Origin: Verrucomicrobiia bacterium
Lineage (GTDB): Bacteria; Verrucomicrobiota; Verrucomicrobiia; Limisphaerales; UBA1319
Reading direction: 5' to 3'
Length of the DNA stretch: 64,000 nucleotides
Assembly: GCA_963664225.1 (NCBI GenBank)
Contig: OY760937.1
Location: forward strand, 1,920,001 to 1,984,000
This document shows positions 48,150 to 58,638 of the stretch, piece after piece. The notes beneath the pieces are model-generated. The model was not told the origin of the DNA and did no database searches. It saw only the letters and a list, made by a program, of their open reading frames with translations. A program made the position numbers and the translations under genes. How positions within the stretch are numbered: the first letter of the stretch is position 1; the number at the start of each line of letters is the position of its first letter.

Positions 48150-51100
48150 CTATGGCTTTATGTCCGCCTTGAGATGGAGGGTCCAGTCGTTTGAGTCAGG
48201 CGCCCGGAATTCAGCGGAATTGCTTCGAGCGACCATGAACGGTTCGCCAAGGGTGCCATTGCGCGGGTTAAACCATCGGGCGGTTAACCGTCCATTCGCC
48301 GCGCCCAGGTCCACAGTCAATTTACCGCCGTGCGGCAGGTAAACGACATAGTCCTGACCGGGTTCCGCCAACGCGACGGCGGATTCGCCGGTGACTGCGT
48401 CAAAGGGCTGCATCCGCCAGAAAGGCAGCGTGTTGAAAAAATCATAAAGGGCGGCTAGTTGTGCGGCGGCCCCTTCGTCCCGGACCGCGAATGTGTAGCG
48501 ATTGGGCGCATCGATGCGGTTCCAGGCGTCGCTGTGGCCAATGGTGCCGTTGAAGCCGGCGGCGAAGTAACCGCCCGCGCAGACGATTCGCCAGGAGGAG
48601 CGGCGCACTTTGTCGGTGTGATGGACCTGGTTCCTTTCGGTGGGATGTCCACGAAGGTATTCGTAACCGCTCTCTGTATTGAGCACCGGTTTGTGGAAGC
48701 GGCGGTCGGCACGCAGGCTGGCGACCAGATCAGGGTCATCCCCCACCCAGCACTTTTGCTGATCGTCCCACGTGACTCCTTTGCCCGACTGGCCCGTCTG
48801 CTGCGATAACACATCCATGGCGTCGTCTTCGCCAAAGAACCCGCCGATGCGCCATGGCAGATCCAGGGGATCGCGCGGACTTGTGCCGTGCGTGCTGGAC
48901 GAGATGACCGGGTGGACGGTGACGGGGTGGCGATAGGGGTCCAGTTGCTTGATGAAGCGCGCGGTGGACCTGGCCCATTCGATGTCGCCCGGACGGTCCA
49001 GGCGATAACGACCATCGGGGTGGGTTTCGTATTCGTTGGCGAGAGTCCAGAGAAAGACATTGTTGAAGGCGCTGTAGCGAGACAGGACGTATCGCAGCCA
49101 AAGGCGTTCGCGAGCGGGGGTCCATAGCTTTGTGTCTGTGAAGGGCGGGCGATAGAAATTGAGCAGGAGCAACTCGACGTTCATCCCGCGCGCCTGCAGG
49201 TCCGTGAATAGTGCGTCCAGTCCGCGGAAGAAAGCCGGATTCAAGCGATCCAGGTCAGGTTGCGCCGGCGTGCCACCCCAGGCCCAAAATGCGGGGTCCG
49301 CAGCCGCACGCGCGTCGCTATGGCCCACGCTCATCCGTACGAAGTTGAAGCGCTGGCGACGGCGTGTCTCCAGATACTCGCGACGCAAGGCGGGCGTGAT
49401 GGGGCCATCATCGTATAGCCCGTAGCAGGTGTCTCCCATTGGAAAAAACGGCGTGCCATCCATCCAGGCGAAGGCGTATGGATTCTGCGGATGCACGCGG
49501 ATGAAGCCGTGGCCGCGAGGCGCGGTGCATTTGAACCGGCCTTCATGAAAAATGGCGACGGACCTGCCCGACAACTTGTAACGCCACTCGCCTTCCTCGT
49601 TGGGCGCGAAACGCAGGCGCCAGGTTTCCTGCCCATCGTAAAAGCCTTCCATGCGCGAGGTTTTCCCCGAGGGCGATGTGAATTCGGCTGTCAGAGCGGC
49701 ATCGAGGAAGGGGTTGTCCACCTCAGCCCGCCCGTGCAAAGTGAATTCGCGCATCTCCCACAGGGGTGTCTCCATTAGCGCGGTGTCACCCTGCGTTGTT
49801 GCGGTGGTTGCGGCGCGGCGCGGTTCGGTCAGCCCCGAAGGTTTCGCGGGCGGCCCCAACTGTTTGTCGGAAAAGTCGAGAAAGGTCTTCCAGTCTTCCC
49901 GTGTCAGCGAATGGGCGCCCGGCCGGATAAAGAATCCCAGGGCGCCATCGATCAGCCTGCCATCGGGTGGAAGTTCAGTGGCCGTAAAATCTCCAGCGCC
50001 CAATAGCCGATAGACCGGGGCCGCCTGTCGCAACACCTCAAACTGTCCTTCCGGGTTGATCCAGGTATCCAGGCGCCCGTTACTCAAGAGCACCGGACGC
50101 GGCGCACACAGAGCCACCAGGCAATGCTGATCGAATGGCAGCCGGTCAGGACGGTCATTGAACTCCTTGAAACGCGCGTTGAACCAGTGGGGGAACTGAT
50201 CGTTGATATTCCTGACTGTTTCCACCCGCATGGGAGTCGTCCAGCGGCTGGGGGCCGAACCGCCGCAGCCAGCCTGATGGGGAATCGCCAGCGCGATGCG
50301 TTCATCGAATGCGGCGGCCAGAAGCGCGGCCTTGCCCATGCGCGAATGGCCGGTGACGATAATCCGGTTGCGGTCGAGATCCGTGGTGGTCACAAGGTAA
50401 TCAACCGCCCTGCTCAATCCCCAGGCCCAGGCGGCGATTGTCCCGAAGTCGCAATTCGGATTCTGTTTGCGAAAGTACGTTTGAATGCCCCGCACGTCAG
50501 GCCGGTCGGGATCGATGTCGCCATTATAAAACGTGGCCAGGGCGTAGCCGCGATCAATCAAGTCCTCGATGCGCCAGATATCGACCCAGGTGCCGCGACT
50601 GGCTTCGGTGGCGTGGTTGTTCACGACGCCTTCGCCCCGTTCCGGCATCCAGTTCGTGGAAAGGCACACCGCCGGATCCCGCACCAGGGTATGGTTGCCA
50701 AAGTAGTTCAACGCGAGAATGACCGGCGCCGGCATTTGCCGATTGTTCGGAACAACCAGCATCAAGTGAATGGGGAGCAGTTCGGGCGGCCCAAAGGTGA
50801 TGGTCGCCTCCCTGATGGTGGCCTTGCCTCCCAATGCATTGCGGTCTTCGCGCTCGATTTTGCCGACCACCTCCCTGGGCCGCGGAGGAAGCATCCCATA
50901 CATGTAGTGCTGGAACAGGGCGAGAAGCTCGGGGCGGCGCTCATTGAACCATTGGTCCCGCGTGGTGACGCGCTGGCCGTTCAACATGACCAGGGGGTCG
51001 GGGAAACCAACTTGCGACGGAAGCGCTGAGACTGGGGGAAACACTTCGGCAGCGGCGATGGATGGTGTGAATATCAGGGAGATGGAAATGAAGACAAAAA

Positions 51101-51158
51101 CTGAGACCTTCGCGACAACACTTGCGAATCCATGCATGGCGGCGTTTTGGTTTGGCAT
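48150..51158 (-). CDS. Fusion: CE15 glucuronoyl-esterase-like domain + DUF5060/DUF4038 (apiosidase-like) + C-terminal collagen-binding-like domain
   Basis: 'AWAWG.SRAVDYL', 'GHSRMGKAA', 'LPFDQH'; then 'GFYDG..TWRLRFAP', 'DGTPFFPMGDTCY', 'WTLANE', 'E.GYE', 'RWFNPRNG'. Confidence 0.8.
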   Translation of the reverse strand: MPNQNAAMHGFASVVAKVSVFVFISISLIFTPSIAAAEVFPPVSALPSQVGFPDPLVMLNGQRVTTRDQWFNERRPELLALFQHYMYGMLPPRPREVVGKIEREDRNALGGKATIREATITFGPPELLPIHLMLVVPNNRQMPAPVILALNYFGNHTLVRDPAVCLSTNWMPERGEGVVNNHATEASRGTWVDIWRIEDLIDRGYALATFYNGDIDPDRPDVRGIQTYFRKQNPNCDFGTIAAWAWGLSRAVDYLVTTTDLDRNRIIVTGHSRMGKAALLAAAFDERIALAIPHQAGCGGSAPSRWTTPMRVETVRNINDQFPHWFNARFKEFNDRPDRLPFDQHCLVALCAPRPVLLSNGRLDTWINPEGQFEVLRQAAPVYRLLGAGDFTATELPPDGRLIDGALGFFIRPGAHSLTREDWKTFLDFSDKQLGPPAKPSGLTEPRRAATTATTQGDTALMETPLWEMREFTLHGRAEVDNPFLDAALTAEFTSPSGKTSRMEGFYDGQETWRLRFAPNEEGEWRYKLSGRSVAIFHEGRFKCTAPRGHGFIRVHPQNPYAFAWMDGTPFFPMGDTCYGLYDDGPITPALRREYLETRRRQRFNFVRMSVGHSDARAAADPAFWAWGGTPAQPDLDRLNPAFFRGLDALFTDLQARGMNVELLLLNFYRPPFTDTKLWTPARERLWLRYVLSRYSAFNNVFLWTLANEYETHPDGRYRLDRPGDIEWARSTARFIKQLDPYRHPVTVHPVISSSTHGTSPRDPLDLPWRIGGFFGEDDAMDVLSQQTGQSGKGVTWDDQQKCWVGDDPDLVASLRADRRFHKPVLNTESGYEYLRGHPTERNQVHHTDKVRRSSWRIVCAGGYFAAGFNGTIGHSDAWNRIDAPNRYTFAVRDEGAAAQLAALYDFFNTLPFWRMQPFDAVTGESAVALAEPGQDYVVYLPHGGKLTVDLGAANGRLTARWFNPRNGTLGEPFMVARSNSAEFRAPDSNDWTLHLKADIKP

Positions 51159-51524
51159 AGCTTTTTCGGGGTGACGGTTTGTTTGACGCATTCGGGTTGC
51201 CACTGATTCAGTCGGTCTCCTGGAACCCTTCACCAAACGCCGGATTAGATTGTCTTTTGCAATCAATATCTCGCGCGTCTGTCTTCATTTTTGCCTTGGG
51301 ATATGCGGAACGACCGGTGTCATTTCGGGATTCCATTCAGTTCCAATGGATCGGGATGAATGGAGAATAGCCTGACAAATCGCCAGTTATCAATGAAATT
51401 AATGTCCGTAATCGAGCAAGGGGTGCAGGAGGGTCCGCAGGCTGCCTGGTTGAGAACTAACCCGTGCGGGCCGCGGACTTTCCTGATATTGTTTCGTTTC
51501 GTCCACGTTGAGACGAGTACGAGT

Positions 51525-52562
51525 ATGCCGATCCTGTTGAAGAACCAGACCTCTGCGGAATTGCACGCCAGCCTGGCCCATGCCGGGGTGACTCCGCACC
51601 TGGCGCGTCGGCTCCTGGCGGCTGCCGTCAAGCGCGGCGAACTGCCCGCCCTGGGCGGCGAACTGGGCGCCCGGTTGCGGAATGACCTGCTCGCCTTGAC
51701 GGAGATTCCTCATTTGACGCTGGTCCGGAAAGTCGTTTCGCCGCAGGACGGATTTGCCCGGTATGTGTTTCAAGGTCGCGGAACCGGATTGTTCGAGGCC
51801 GTCCGCATTCCCCTCCTCCACCGACCGGACGATCTCAAGTATGTGGTCTGTGTCAGCTCGCAAGTCGGCTGCGCCATGGGTTGCGTGTTCTGCGCCACGG
51901 GCCGGATGGGTTTGGGCCGCAACCTCGCCGCGTGGGAAATCGTGGATCAAGTCGTGAAGATCCAGGCGGACTCGCCGCATCCGGTGCGCGGGGTGGCCTT
52001 CATGGGAATGGGCGAACCGCTTCTGAATTACGACGCCGTGATGACGGCCATCCAAATTCTATCCGAACCTTGCGGGATGGCCATCGCCGCCAAGGCCATC
52101 ACGATCTCCACGGTCGGCATCATCGCCGGCATCCGCCGTTTTACGTCCGAAGGCCACCGCACCCGGCTCGTCGTTTCCCTGACTTCGGCGGACCCGCTCC
52201 AGCGGCGGGCATTATTGCCGGTGGAACAGGGCAATCCAACGCCGGATCTCATTCAGGCGCTCCGGGAGTATCACGCCGCCAGCGGCCAGCGGGTCACGCT
52301 GGCTTGGACCATGATCTCCGGGGTGAATGTCGGCGAGGGCGACGCCCAAAAACTGGCGGACTTGACCCGCGGTCTGCCCATCAAGCTCGATCTGATTGAT
52401 GTCAACGATCCCTCGGGCCGGTTTCGTCCTCCCTCACGTGCCGAACTGGACACCTTTCGTGACGCGCTCCGCGTCAAGCTGGGCATGCCCGTGGCACGGC
52501 GTTACAGCGGCGGTCAGGATATCGATGGCGCGTGCGGCATGCTGGCAGGCGGCAGGACATGA
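51525..52562 (+). CDS. RlmN/Cfr-family radical SAM RNA methyltransferase
   Basis: 'CVSSQVGCAMGCVFCATG', 'FMGMGEPL.N', 'ITISTVG', C-terminal 'DIDGACGML'. Confidence 0.88.
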   Translation: MPILLKNQTSAELHASLAHAGVTPHLARRLLAAAVKRGELPALGGELGARLRNDLLALTEIPHLTLVRKVVSPQDGFARYVFQGRGTGLFEAVRIPLLHRPDDLKYVVCVSSQVGCAMGCVFCATGRMGLGRNLAAWEIVDQVVKIQADSPHPVRGVAFMGMGEPLLNYDAVMTAIQILSEPCGMAIAAKAITISTVGIIAGIRRFTSEGHRTRLVVSLTSADPLQRRALLPVEQGNPTPDLIQALREYHAASGQRVTLAWTMISGVNVGEGDAQKLADLTRGLPIKLDLIDVNDPSGRFRPPSRAELDTFRDALRVKLGMPVARRYSGGQDIDGACGMLAGGRT

Positions 52563-52582
52563 CCCGGCCATGAGCGCGCCCT

Positions 52583-52947
52583 TGGGCCGATTCGGATGGT
52601 GCTGCAATGCCGGATGCGAATTTGATTCAACGCCTACAGCGTTGGAAATTCTCTGGGGGATGCGCGTACCCCGGGTGGCTCGTTCCTCGCGACCCGGGGC
52701 TGAATGATTGCAATCCCTACAGGATTGCGCGGACGGAACGATTGCGGAATGCGGGTGAGGTTGATTGAGGGGCGTCCCGTTCCGGTCTGGCAGATGTGGT
52801 GGCCGCAGGCGGCCGTTGGCGTCCTTGTCCACATCCAACTCCAGCATGTCCTCGGGCCGATTTGGATGGTGCTGTAATGCCGGATGCGAATTTGATTCAA
52901 CGCCTACAGCGTTGGAAATTCTCTGGGGGATGCGCGTACCCCGGGTG
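52583..52947. repeat. Two ~95 bp direct repeats of the REP-like 'tttgattcaacgcctacagcgttgg' element
   Basis: 52583-52678 and 52854-52947; same family as the 817-bp unit. Confidence 0.75.
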
Positions 52948-53428
52948 GAAATTACGGTGGTAATGAATTCAGAAACAGATTAACGCGCGCCCTCCCCATT
53001 AACCCGAAGTGGGATGTCTTTCATTACAAGTCACTTGCATAACCACCTGGTTCAGGGGTTCAATGCGTGAAATTTCGGTTTAGGGGAATTCTCATCCTAA
53101 CCTCCCCCAAGAGAAGGAGGAGTATTGCGAGCCCTGGGTTTATTGCACGGTTTGGAGGATGCCGCCGCGCCGGATTACATGGCCCACACCGCCGACTGGT
53201 GTCCTGGCTGGGTTCGTACGGTTTAGGCTTTTACCAGCTTCCTGAATTTTGTCCTGCACCCTGTGCGCATGCGGCCCATGCACTTCCATGTCGTTTTAAA
53301 GCTTTTTCGGCATGCTGAAGAATTTTGTCGCGCACCTGATCTAAACGGAGACTGGTTGCAACAATTGGCAACATGGACGCGCAGGACTTTGAAGAATGTC
53401 AGGAGAGCGAGTAAGCGTTGGTGACCGC

Positions 53429-53467
53429 AAAAAAAGGGCTGCGGAGGAATTTAACCTCAGCAGCCCT
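53429..53467 (-). terminator. Intrinsic terminator after ThuA-like gene
   Basis: A7-gggctg..gagg/cctc..cagccct hairpin. Confidence 0.7.
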
Positions 53468-53509
53468 CATGAAAATGCGTTGCTTAATGAACGCCGTAAT
53501 TGTGGTCAA

Positions 53510-54391
53510 TCAGGGCTTGACCGGCTCGGGCGCCAGGCCAAGGGCCCACTTGATGCCGCCCAGGATGTGCTGTTGGTAGGCCAGACTGACTTCAACGGGG
53601 TTCAGGCGTTTGAAACCAGGATCGGTCTTGTCGTCCCACACATCTTCGCGATGGCCCAAGGTGGTGTAAAACACGCGACCCTCACCGTAAGACTTGCACC
53701 ACGACACAGGAATGCTCCCCGGGACCTTGGTGTTCGGATGCTTGTCCAGCGTGAGCAGTTCATGAACCTTGGTTTTATCGTAATTCTTGAGCAGATACAT
53801 TTCCTCCTGATTTATGACGAAGGATTTGCCCAATTTCGCATTGGCCGGATTGGCGGGGTCTTCGTTCATGCACTCCACGCAAGCCTGGGCGCCGTGGCTG
53901 GCGAACTCACCGCCCAGCATCTCGATGAACGTGGGCCATCCATGAAAAGTATCACTGGCGGAATGCATGCCAATGAAGGCCTTGCCGGACTTCAGCCAGG
54001 CGATGAAGGCATCACGATCGGGGACCGGCAGATCACCGGTCGTGTTGGCAAAAATGATGCCGTCGTAATTCTTCAAGGACTCGGCGCTCATCTTTTCGGC
54101 CAGCACCTTCGTGATGGCGGCCTTGATCTTTTCGTTGTCGGGTTTCTTGGTCTGCGGATCTTGAAACTCAGCCGCGCTGGGATCCACGCGCGCGTAATCC
54201 ACCGTAAACGCCTTGCTGTCATTGCCCAATCGATTGAGCACCTTTTCCGCAGTGGGGATGGAACTGTGACGGAATCCCAGGGTTGTTGACACGACGAGGA
54301 GCTTTTTGGGCTCGGCGGCGGTGGCAATCAGGCCGCTCATGAGCAGCCCAAACAGGCATTTGGAGAGCAGGTTTTTCATCTGATTTCTCAT
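53510..54391 (-). CDS. ThuA-like (class I glutamine amidotransferase-like fold) exported protein
   Basis: 'GFRHSSI', 'FANTTG', 'FIGMHSASDT', 'GEGRVFYTTLGH', 'GGIKWALG'. Confidence 0.85.
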   Translation of the reverse strand: MRNQMKNLLSKCLFGLLMSGLIATAAEPKKLLVVSTTLGFRHSSIPTAEKVLNRLGNDSKAFTVDYARVDPSAAEFQDPQTKKPDNEKIKAAITKVLAEKMSAESLKNYDGIIFANTTGDLPVPDRDAFIAWLKSGKAFIGMHSASDTFHGWPTFIEMLGGEFASHGAQACVECMNEDPANPANAKLGKSFVINQEEMYLLKNYDKTKVHELLTLDKHPNTKVPGSIPVSWCKSYGEGRVFYTTLGHREDVWDDKTDPGFKRLNPVEVSLAYQQHILGGIKWALGLAPEPVKP

Positions 54392-54516
54392 AATCTTGTT
54401 AGTTTGACTTGTTGTTAGCGAGTCGAACGTAACATCAAAATCAGTTTTGACACTACAAAAAACGGGGTGAAGCAGGGCCGCGATGACATAAGTGATTGAA
54501 AATAAGGAAGCTGGGA

Positions 54517-54593
54517 TGGCGGGAGTGGCGGGGCTCGAACCCGTAACCTTTGCCGTGACAGGGCAACGCTCTAACCAATTGAGCTACACCCCC
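54517..54593 (-). tRNA. tRNA-Asp(GTC)
   Basis: GGGGGTGTAGCTCAATTGGTTAGAGCG TTGCC CT GTC AC GGCAA ... GGGTTCGAGCCCC ... CACTCCCGCCA; 77 nt with encoded CCA. Confidence 0.95.
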
Positions 54594-54860
54594 AGCCGGG
54601 AGCGAACACATTAAGGAAACGCCTCGTGGACGTCAACAGTCATTTTGATCTCCATGTGCCTTTTTTACAAAAAAGGCGATTCGGGCAACGGACGCCAAGG
54701 AGGTGGGGGTGGGGAACCCCGCTGAAGAAACGTACCGCCACCCGAATCATTCATTTCGGTCTTCAACCTCGATATAAGTTAAAAACCGAACACCCCTTTG
54801 TCAACCGCGTAAAAAACATGCGTCGATGTACGCGATTTGAACCTGTTGCCAACAGGGGCT

Positions 54861-56246
54861 TTATGGAACCAGGATCACGCGGTAGAAGGTTTGATTGGCG
54901 GGGGATTCCACCAGGACGCGCCTTTGGGTGGTGGTGGCGGTGACGTTTGTTTCGGTCTGCCAGGGTCCGCCGAACGCGGTGACGCTCTGAATTTCGTAGT
55001 TCCTGCCCGGCACCGTTTGAAAATACAGGGCGTGCCGGCCGGGACCAATGGGGGTTTTATCCGCATCCGCCAAGTCATTGGGACGGGGCGCATTATCAAA
55101 TTTCAGAACCGAATTGGAATCGGTGGGATCGGTAGCCGCCAGCATTTCCTGGAGGTTGTTCAGACCGTCATGGTCGGCGTCATCGGATTCCCCGCTGGCG
55201 ATTGGAAACCGGTCCAGCAACCCCACGACCTGCGCCCATTCCTGGTAAGTGGGCACCCACAGCGCGGTTGGCCGCCCGGCAAAGGTGGTGTCCCAGCCCG
55301 TGGTGCCAGCGCGGTAATAAACCGTGACCTGGCTGGCACTGGAAAAAAGACCGCTGGATACCGACGTGGGCGCGTTGCCCCCAAAATAGACGCTCGCAAG
55401 TTTGCCGCAGTAGGAGAAGGCCCATACTCCCATCCGCGTGACGCTGTTGCCGATGGTCACGCTCCTCAAGCCGGTGCAACGTGAGAAGGCCCAATCGTCG
55501 ATATTGGCGACGCTGTTAGGAATCGTGATGGTCGTCAGGCCAATGCAAGACTCGAAGGCCGAATCCCCGATGTTGGTGACGCTGTTGGGAATCGTGACAT
55601 TTGTCAGGCCGGCGCAATAAGAGAATGTCTCCATTCCAATGCTGCCGATGCTGTTGGGAATCGTAACGCTGGTGAGGCCGCTGCATCCAAAGAACGCATC
55701 CGCCCCGATGGTGGTGATGCTGCCGGGAATGACGAAATTGGTGAGGCTGGAGCAGTTGTAGAAGGCCAGATCCCCAATCCTTGTGACGCCGTTGGTTAGG
55801 TTGAGCTGAGTCAGGCTGGTGCAGTTAAAGAACGCCTCGTCTCCAATAATGGCAACGCTTGATGGGATCGTGATGTTCATCAGCCGACGGCAGCCAAAGA
55901 ACGCCGAATTCCCAATGTTGGTGATGTTCGTGGCGATTGTGACATTGAGCAGGTTCGTGCAATTCTGAAACGCGCCGGTCCCGATGCTAGTGACCGGTTC
56001 GTCCAGAATGGATTCGGGAATGGTGACGTTGGTTTCGGAACCGCTGTATCTGGTGATGGTCACGGATGCGTTCGTGGCGGTGTAGGTGAAATTCCCATAC
56101 GTATCGGCCCGGGCCGGACTGATCGCGCAAAGGATGACAAGGAATATTGCGATGAGGCTTTCCTGCGAAATCGATGCGTGCCGCTTCAAGTGAGTGGATC
56201 CCGCCTTTAAAACAAATCGAAGGATGGCCATGGGTATTCCGTTCAT
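54861..56246 (-). CDS. BspA-type leucine-rich repeat (LRR_5) surface protein with FYRV C-terminal domain
   Basis: Tandem 'IP.SV..IG..AF..C..LT.VT' repeats; 'DADHDGLNNLQEMLAATDP'; ends TFYRVILVP. Confidence 0.9.
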   Translation of the reverse strand: MNGIPMAILRFVLKAGSTHLKRHASISQESLIAIFLVILCAISPARADTYGNFTYTATNASVTITRYSGSETNVTIPESILDEPVTSIGTGAFQNCTNLLNVTIATNITNIGNSAFFGCRRLMNITIPSSVAIIGDEAFFNCTSLTQLNLTNGVTRIGDLAFYNCSSLTNFVIPGSITTIGADAFFGCSGLTSVTIPNSIGSIGMETFSYCAGLTNVTIPNSVTNIGDSAFESCIGLTTITIPNSVANIDDWAFSRCTGLRSVTIGNSVTRMGVWAFSYCGKLASVYFGGNAPTSVSSGLFSSASQVTVYYRAGTTGWDTTFAGRPTALWVPTYQEWAQVVGLLDRFPIASGESDDADHDGLNNLQEMLAATDPTDSNSVLKFDNAPRPNDLADADKTPIGPGRHALYFQTVPGRNYEIQSVTAFGGPWQTETNVTATTTQRRVLVESPANQTFYRVILVP

Positions 56247-56529
56247 TATGAATCAGTAAAATCACAGCGAGGTTCGATTACAAGGCGCAAAAAAAGAGCC
56301 TCACCCCGGGAGATGGAGCAGCAAGGTGGGTCGCGGGAAAGTCGGGGCGAGTCGTAAAATGCGGCTGCGTGGGGCGGACGGGCGGCGCGCAGAGGACTGC
56401 ACGCCCTCCATCAGGGTGCGCGCGGTAATGGATGTATTGGTCGGCAACGGAAGGGAGACAGCGGCGGAAAAGACAGGGATGGGAGTTTTATTGCAGGCTC
56501 ATCCCGCGCCCATCCATCTGGCGACAGAG

Positions 56530-56710
56530 ATGGAGGGGACCCGGCCTACAAGCTGATGCGCCGGATAATGCGATCGCCGAACCGGCTGAAGCCAGGACTC
56601 CATACCCCGGAACGTCGGGTCGGGGGACGCGGCCTGCAAGGTGGTATGCCGGATATTGCGATGGCCGAACCGGCTGAAGCCGGGACTCCATACCCCGGAA
56701 CGTCGGGGCG
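56530..56710. repeat. Cluster of REP-like palindromes
   Basis: Two copies of 'gccgaaccggctgaagcc(a/g)ggactccataccccggaacgtcggg' plus a 'cggcctacaag' element. Confidence 0.75.
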
Positions 56711-56844
56711 GGGCATCCGGCCACCAATCGGAAAATGCAGCCAAACCAAGGTTGGTTGCACCCCACAATCCGAGTGCTCCATCCCCTGCCCTGCGACGCG
56801 GACGGGCCCGGCAAAAATAATTTAAGAAAAACGTTTTTCGAGGC

Positions 56845-56880
56845 TTGACGGCACTTAAGTAAGTTAATTAAGTAAACGCC
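56845..56880 (+). promoter_or_regulatory. Putative promoter with TTAAGTAA direct repeats (possible operator) before the GH51 gene
   Basis: TTGACG at 56845; TTAAGTAA at 56855 and 56868; no SD before the ATG at 56881. Confidence 0.45.
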
Positions 56881-58443
56881 ATGACAGCTTGGAAATCCAC
56901 TTTTACCGTCTGCGCGACTGCATGGATGGCCGTTGCGTTGCTCACTCCCTCCACCCAGGCCCAGGATAATGCGTCCGCCAGAAAATTGGTGATCCACGCC
57001 GACCAGCCCGGGGACACGATCAACAAGAATATTTACGGCCAATTCTCGGAGCATTTGGGTCGATGCATTTACGAGGGGCTGTGGGTCGGTGAGGACAGCA
57101 CGATTCCCAATACGCGGGGAATTCGTAACGATGTGGTGAGCGCGCTCAAACGCATCAAGGTGCCGGTGCTGCGCTGGCCGGGCGGCTGTTTCGCGGACGA
57201 GTATCATTGGAAGGACGGCATCGGGCCGCGCCAGGAGCGCCCCACGATGATCAACACCCACTGGGGCGGCGTGACGGAGAACAATGCCTTTGGCACGCAC
57301 GAGTTCATGGACCTGTGCGCCCAGCTCGATTGCCAGCCCTATATCTGCGGGAACATGGGCAGCGGCACGGTGCGCGAGATGCAGGAATGGGTCGAATACA
57401 TGACCTTCGACGGCGTGAGCCCAATGGCCGATCTGCGCAAAAAGAACGGCCAGGAAAAGCCCTGGAAGCTGACTTATTTTGGCGTGGGCAACGAAAACTG
57501 GGGCTGTGGCGGCAATATGCGTCCGGAGTATTATTCCGATCAATTCCGCCGTTACGGAACCTATGTCCGCAATTTCGGCGGGAATAACATTTTTAAGATC
57601 GCCTGCGGACCCAACGGTTCCGATTACCACTGGACCGAGGTGATGATGCGCGATGCCGGATCGCAATTGAACGGACTGGCGCTGCATTACTATTGTGGTT
57701 CAGGCAAGAACAGCCGGTCAGCCACGCAATTCAATGAACTGGACTGGTTCTTCCAGCTCAAGAACGCGCTGCACATGGAGGAGCTGGTGGTGAAGCATTC
57801 CGAGATCATGAACCGCTACGATGCAAAGAAACGCGTTGCGCTTGTGGTGGATGAATGGGGCGCCTGGCACGCGGTGGAGCCGAACACCAATCCCGGATTT
57901 CTCTACCAACAGAATTCGTTGCGCGACGCGCTGGTGGCCGGCGTGACCCTGAATATTTTCAACCGTCATTGCGACCGCGTGAAGATGGCGAACATCGCCC
58001 AGACCATCAACGTCCTCCAATCCATGGTGCTCACGCAGAAGGAAAAAATGGTGCTCACCCCGACCTATCATGTGTTCGAGATGTACACGGTCCATCAGGA
58101 CGCCACGATGCTCCCGACGGAATTGGAGACCGGCGATTATACTTACGAGCAGGATAAGATTCCCGGCCTGAACGTGTCCGCCTCCAAGGACAAGGCGGGC
58201 AAGGTGCATGTGACCCTCTGCAACCTGGATCCCAACACCCCGGCGCGCATTACGTGCCAGTTGCGCGGCGCCAAGGCGAATGGTTTGACCGGACGCGTAC
58301 TCACGGCGGACACCATGCAGGCCCACAATACATTCGATGCGCCGGAGAATGTGAAACCTGCGGATTTCAAGGCGTTCGAAGCAACGGACGATGGGTTCAC
58401 GACCACCGTGCCCGCCAAATCGGTTGTGGTGCTGGAAATGTAA
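56881..58443 (+). CDS. abfA: Alpha-L-arabinofuranosidase, GH51
   Basis: '[15 protein letters not shown]', '[12 protein letters not shown]', '[11 protein letters not shown]', 'VDEWG.W', 'MANIAQ..NVLQ'. Confidence 0.93.
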   Translation: MTAWKSTFTVCATAWMAVALLTPSTQAQDNASARKLVIHADQPGDTINKNIYGQFSEHLGRCIYEGLWVGEDSTIPNTRGIRNDVVSALKRIKVPVLRWPGGCFADEYHWKDGIGPRQERPTMINTHWGGVTENNAFGTHEFMDLCAQLDCQPYICGNMGSGTVREMQEWVEYMTFDGVSPMADLRKKNGQEKPWKLTYFGVGNENWGCGGNMRPEYYSDQFRRYGTYVRNFGGNNIFKIACGPNGSDYHWTEVMMRDAGSQLNGLALHYYCGSGKNSRSATQFNELDWFFQLKNALHMEELVVKHSEIMNRYDAKKRVALVVDEWGAWHAVEPNTNPGFLYQQNSLRDALVAGVTLNIFNRHCDRVKMANIAQTINVLQSMVLTQKEKMVLTPTYHVFEMYTVHQDATMLPTELETGDYTYEQDKIPGLNVSASKDKAGKVHVTLCNLDPNTPARITCQLRGAKANGLTGRVLTADTMQAHNTFDAPENVKPADFKAFEATDDGFTTTVPAKSVVVLEM

Positions 58444-58482
58444 GCGTCGGCCGATCAGCAATGTTCCATCCGTTAACCACCG

Positions 58483-58521
58483 AAGCCCGGGGAACCTGAC
58501 CCGTATCTCCGGGCTTTTTTT
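58483..58521 (+). terminator. Intrinsic terminator
   Basis: agcccgg...ccgggc followed by T7. Confidence 0.75.
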
Positions 58522-58638
58522 GAAATATTGAAAACTGGAATAACGATGCGCTGATTTTTGATTGGCTTTGGGGTAACGACAAAACCCGCGTGCGGGGGTC
58601 TCGGGGCATTTGTAACCGTTCGATTCAATCACACCTTA

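Noticed and set aside
52790..52850. Minus-strand peptide 'LELDVDKDANGRLRPP' resembling part of the RlmN-like protein
   Set aside because: The match is too short, on the opposite strand and weak at the DNA level, so it is probably chance or a fragment of another gene.
54517..54593. tRNA-Asp as an island integration site
   Set aside because: No duplicated tRNA 3' end and no integrase was seen in the window.
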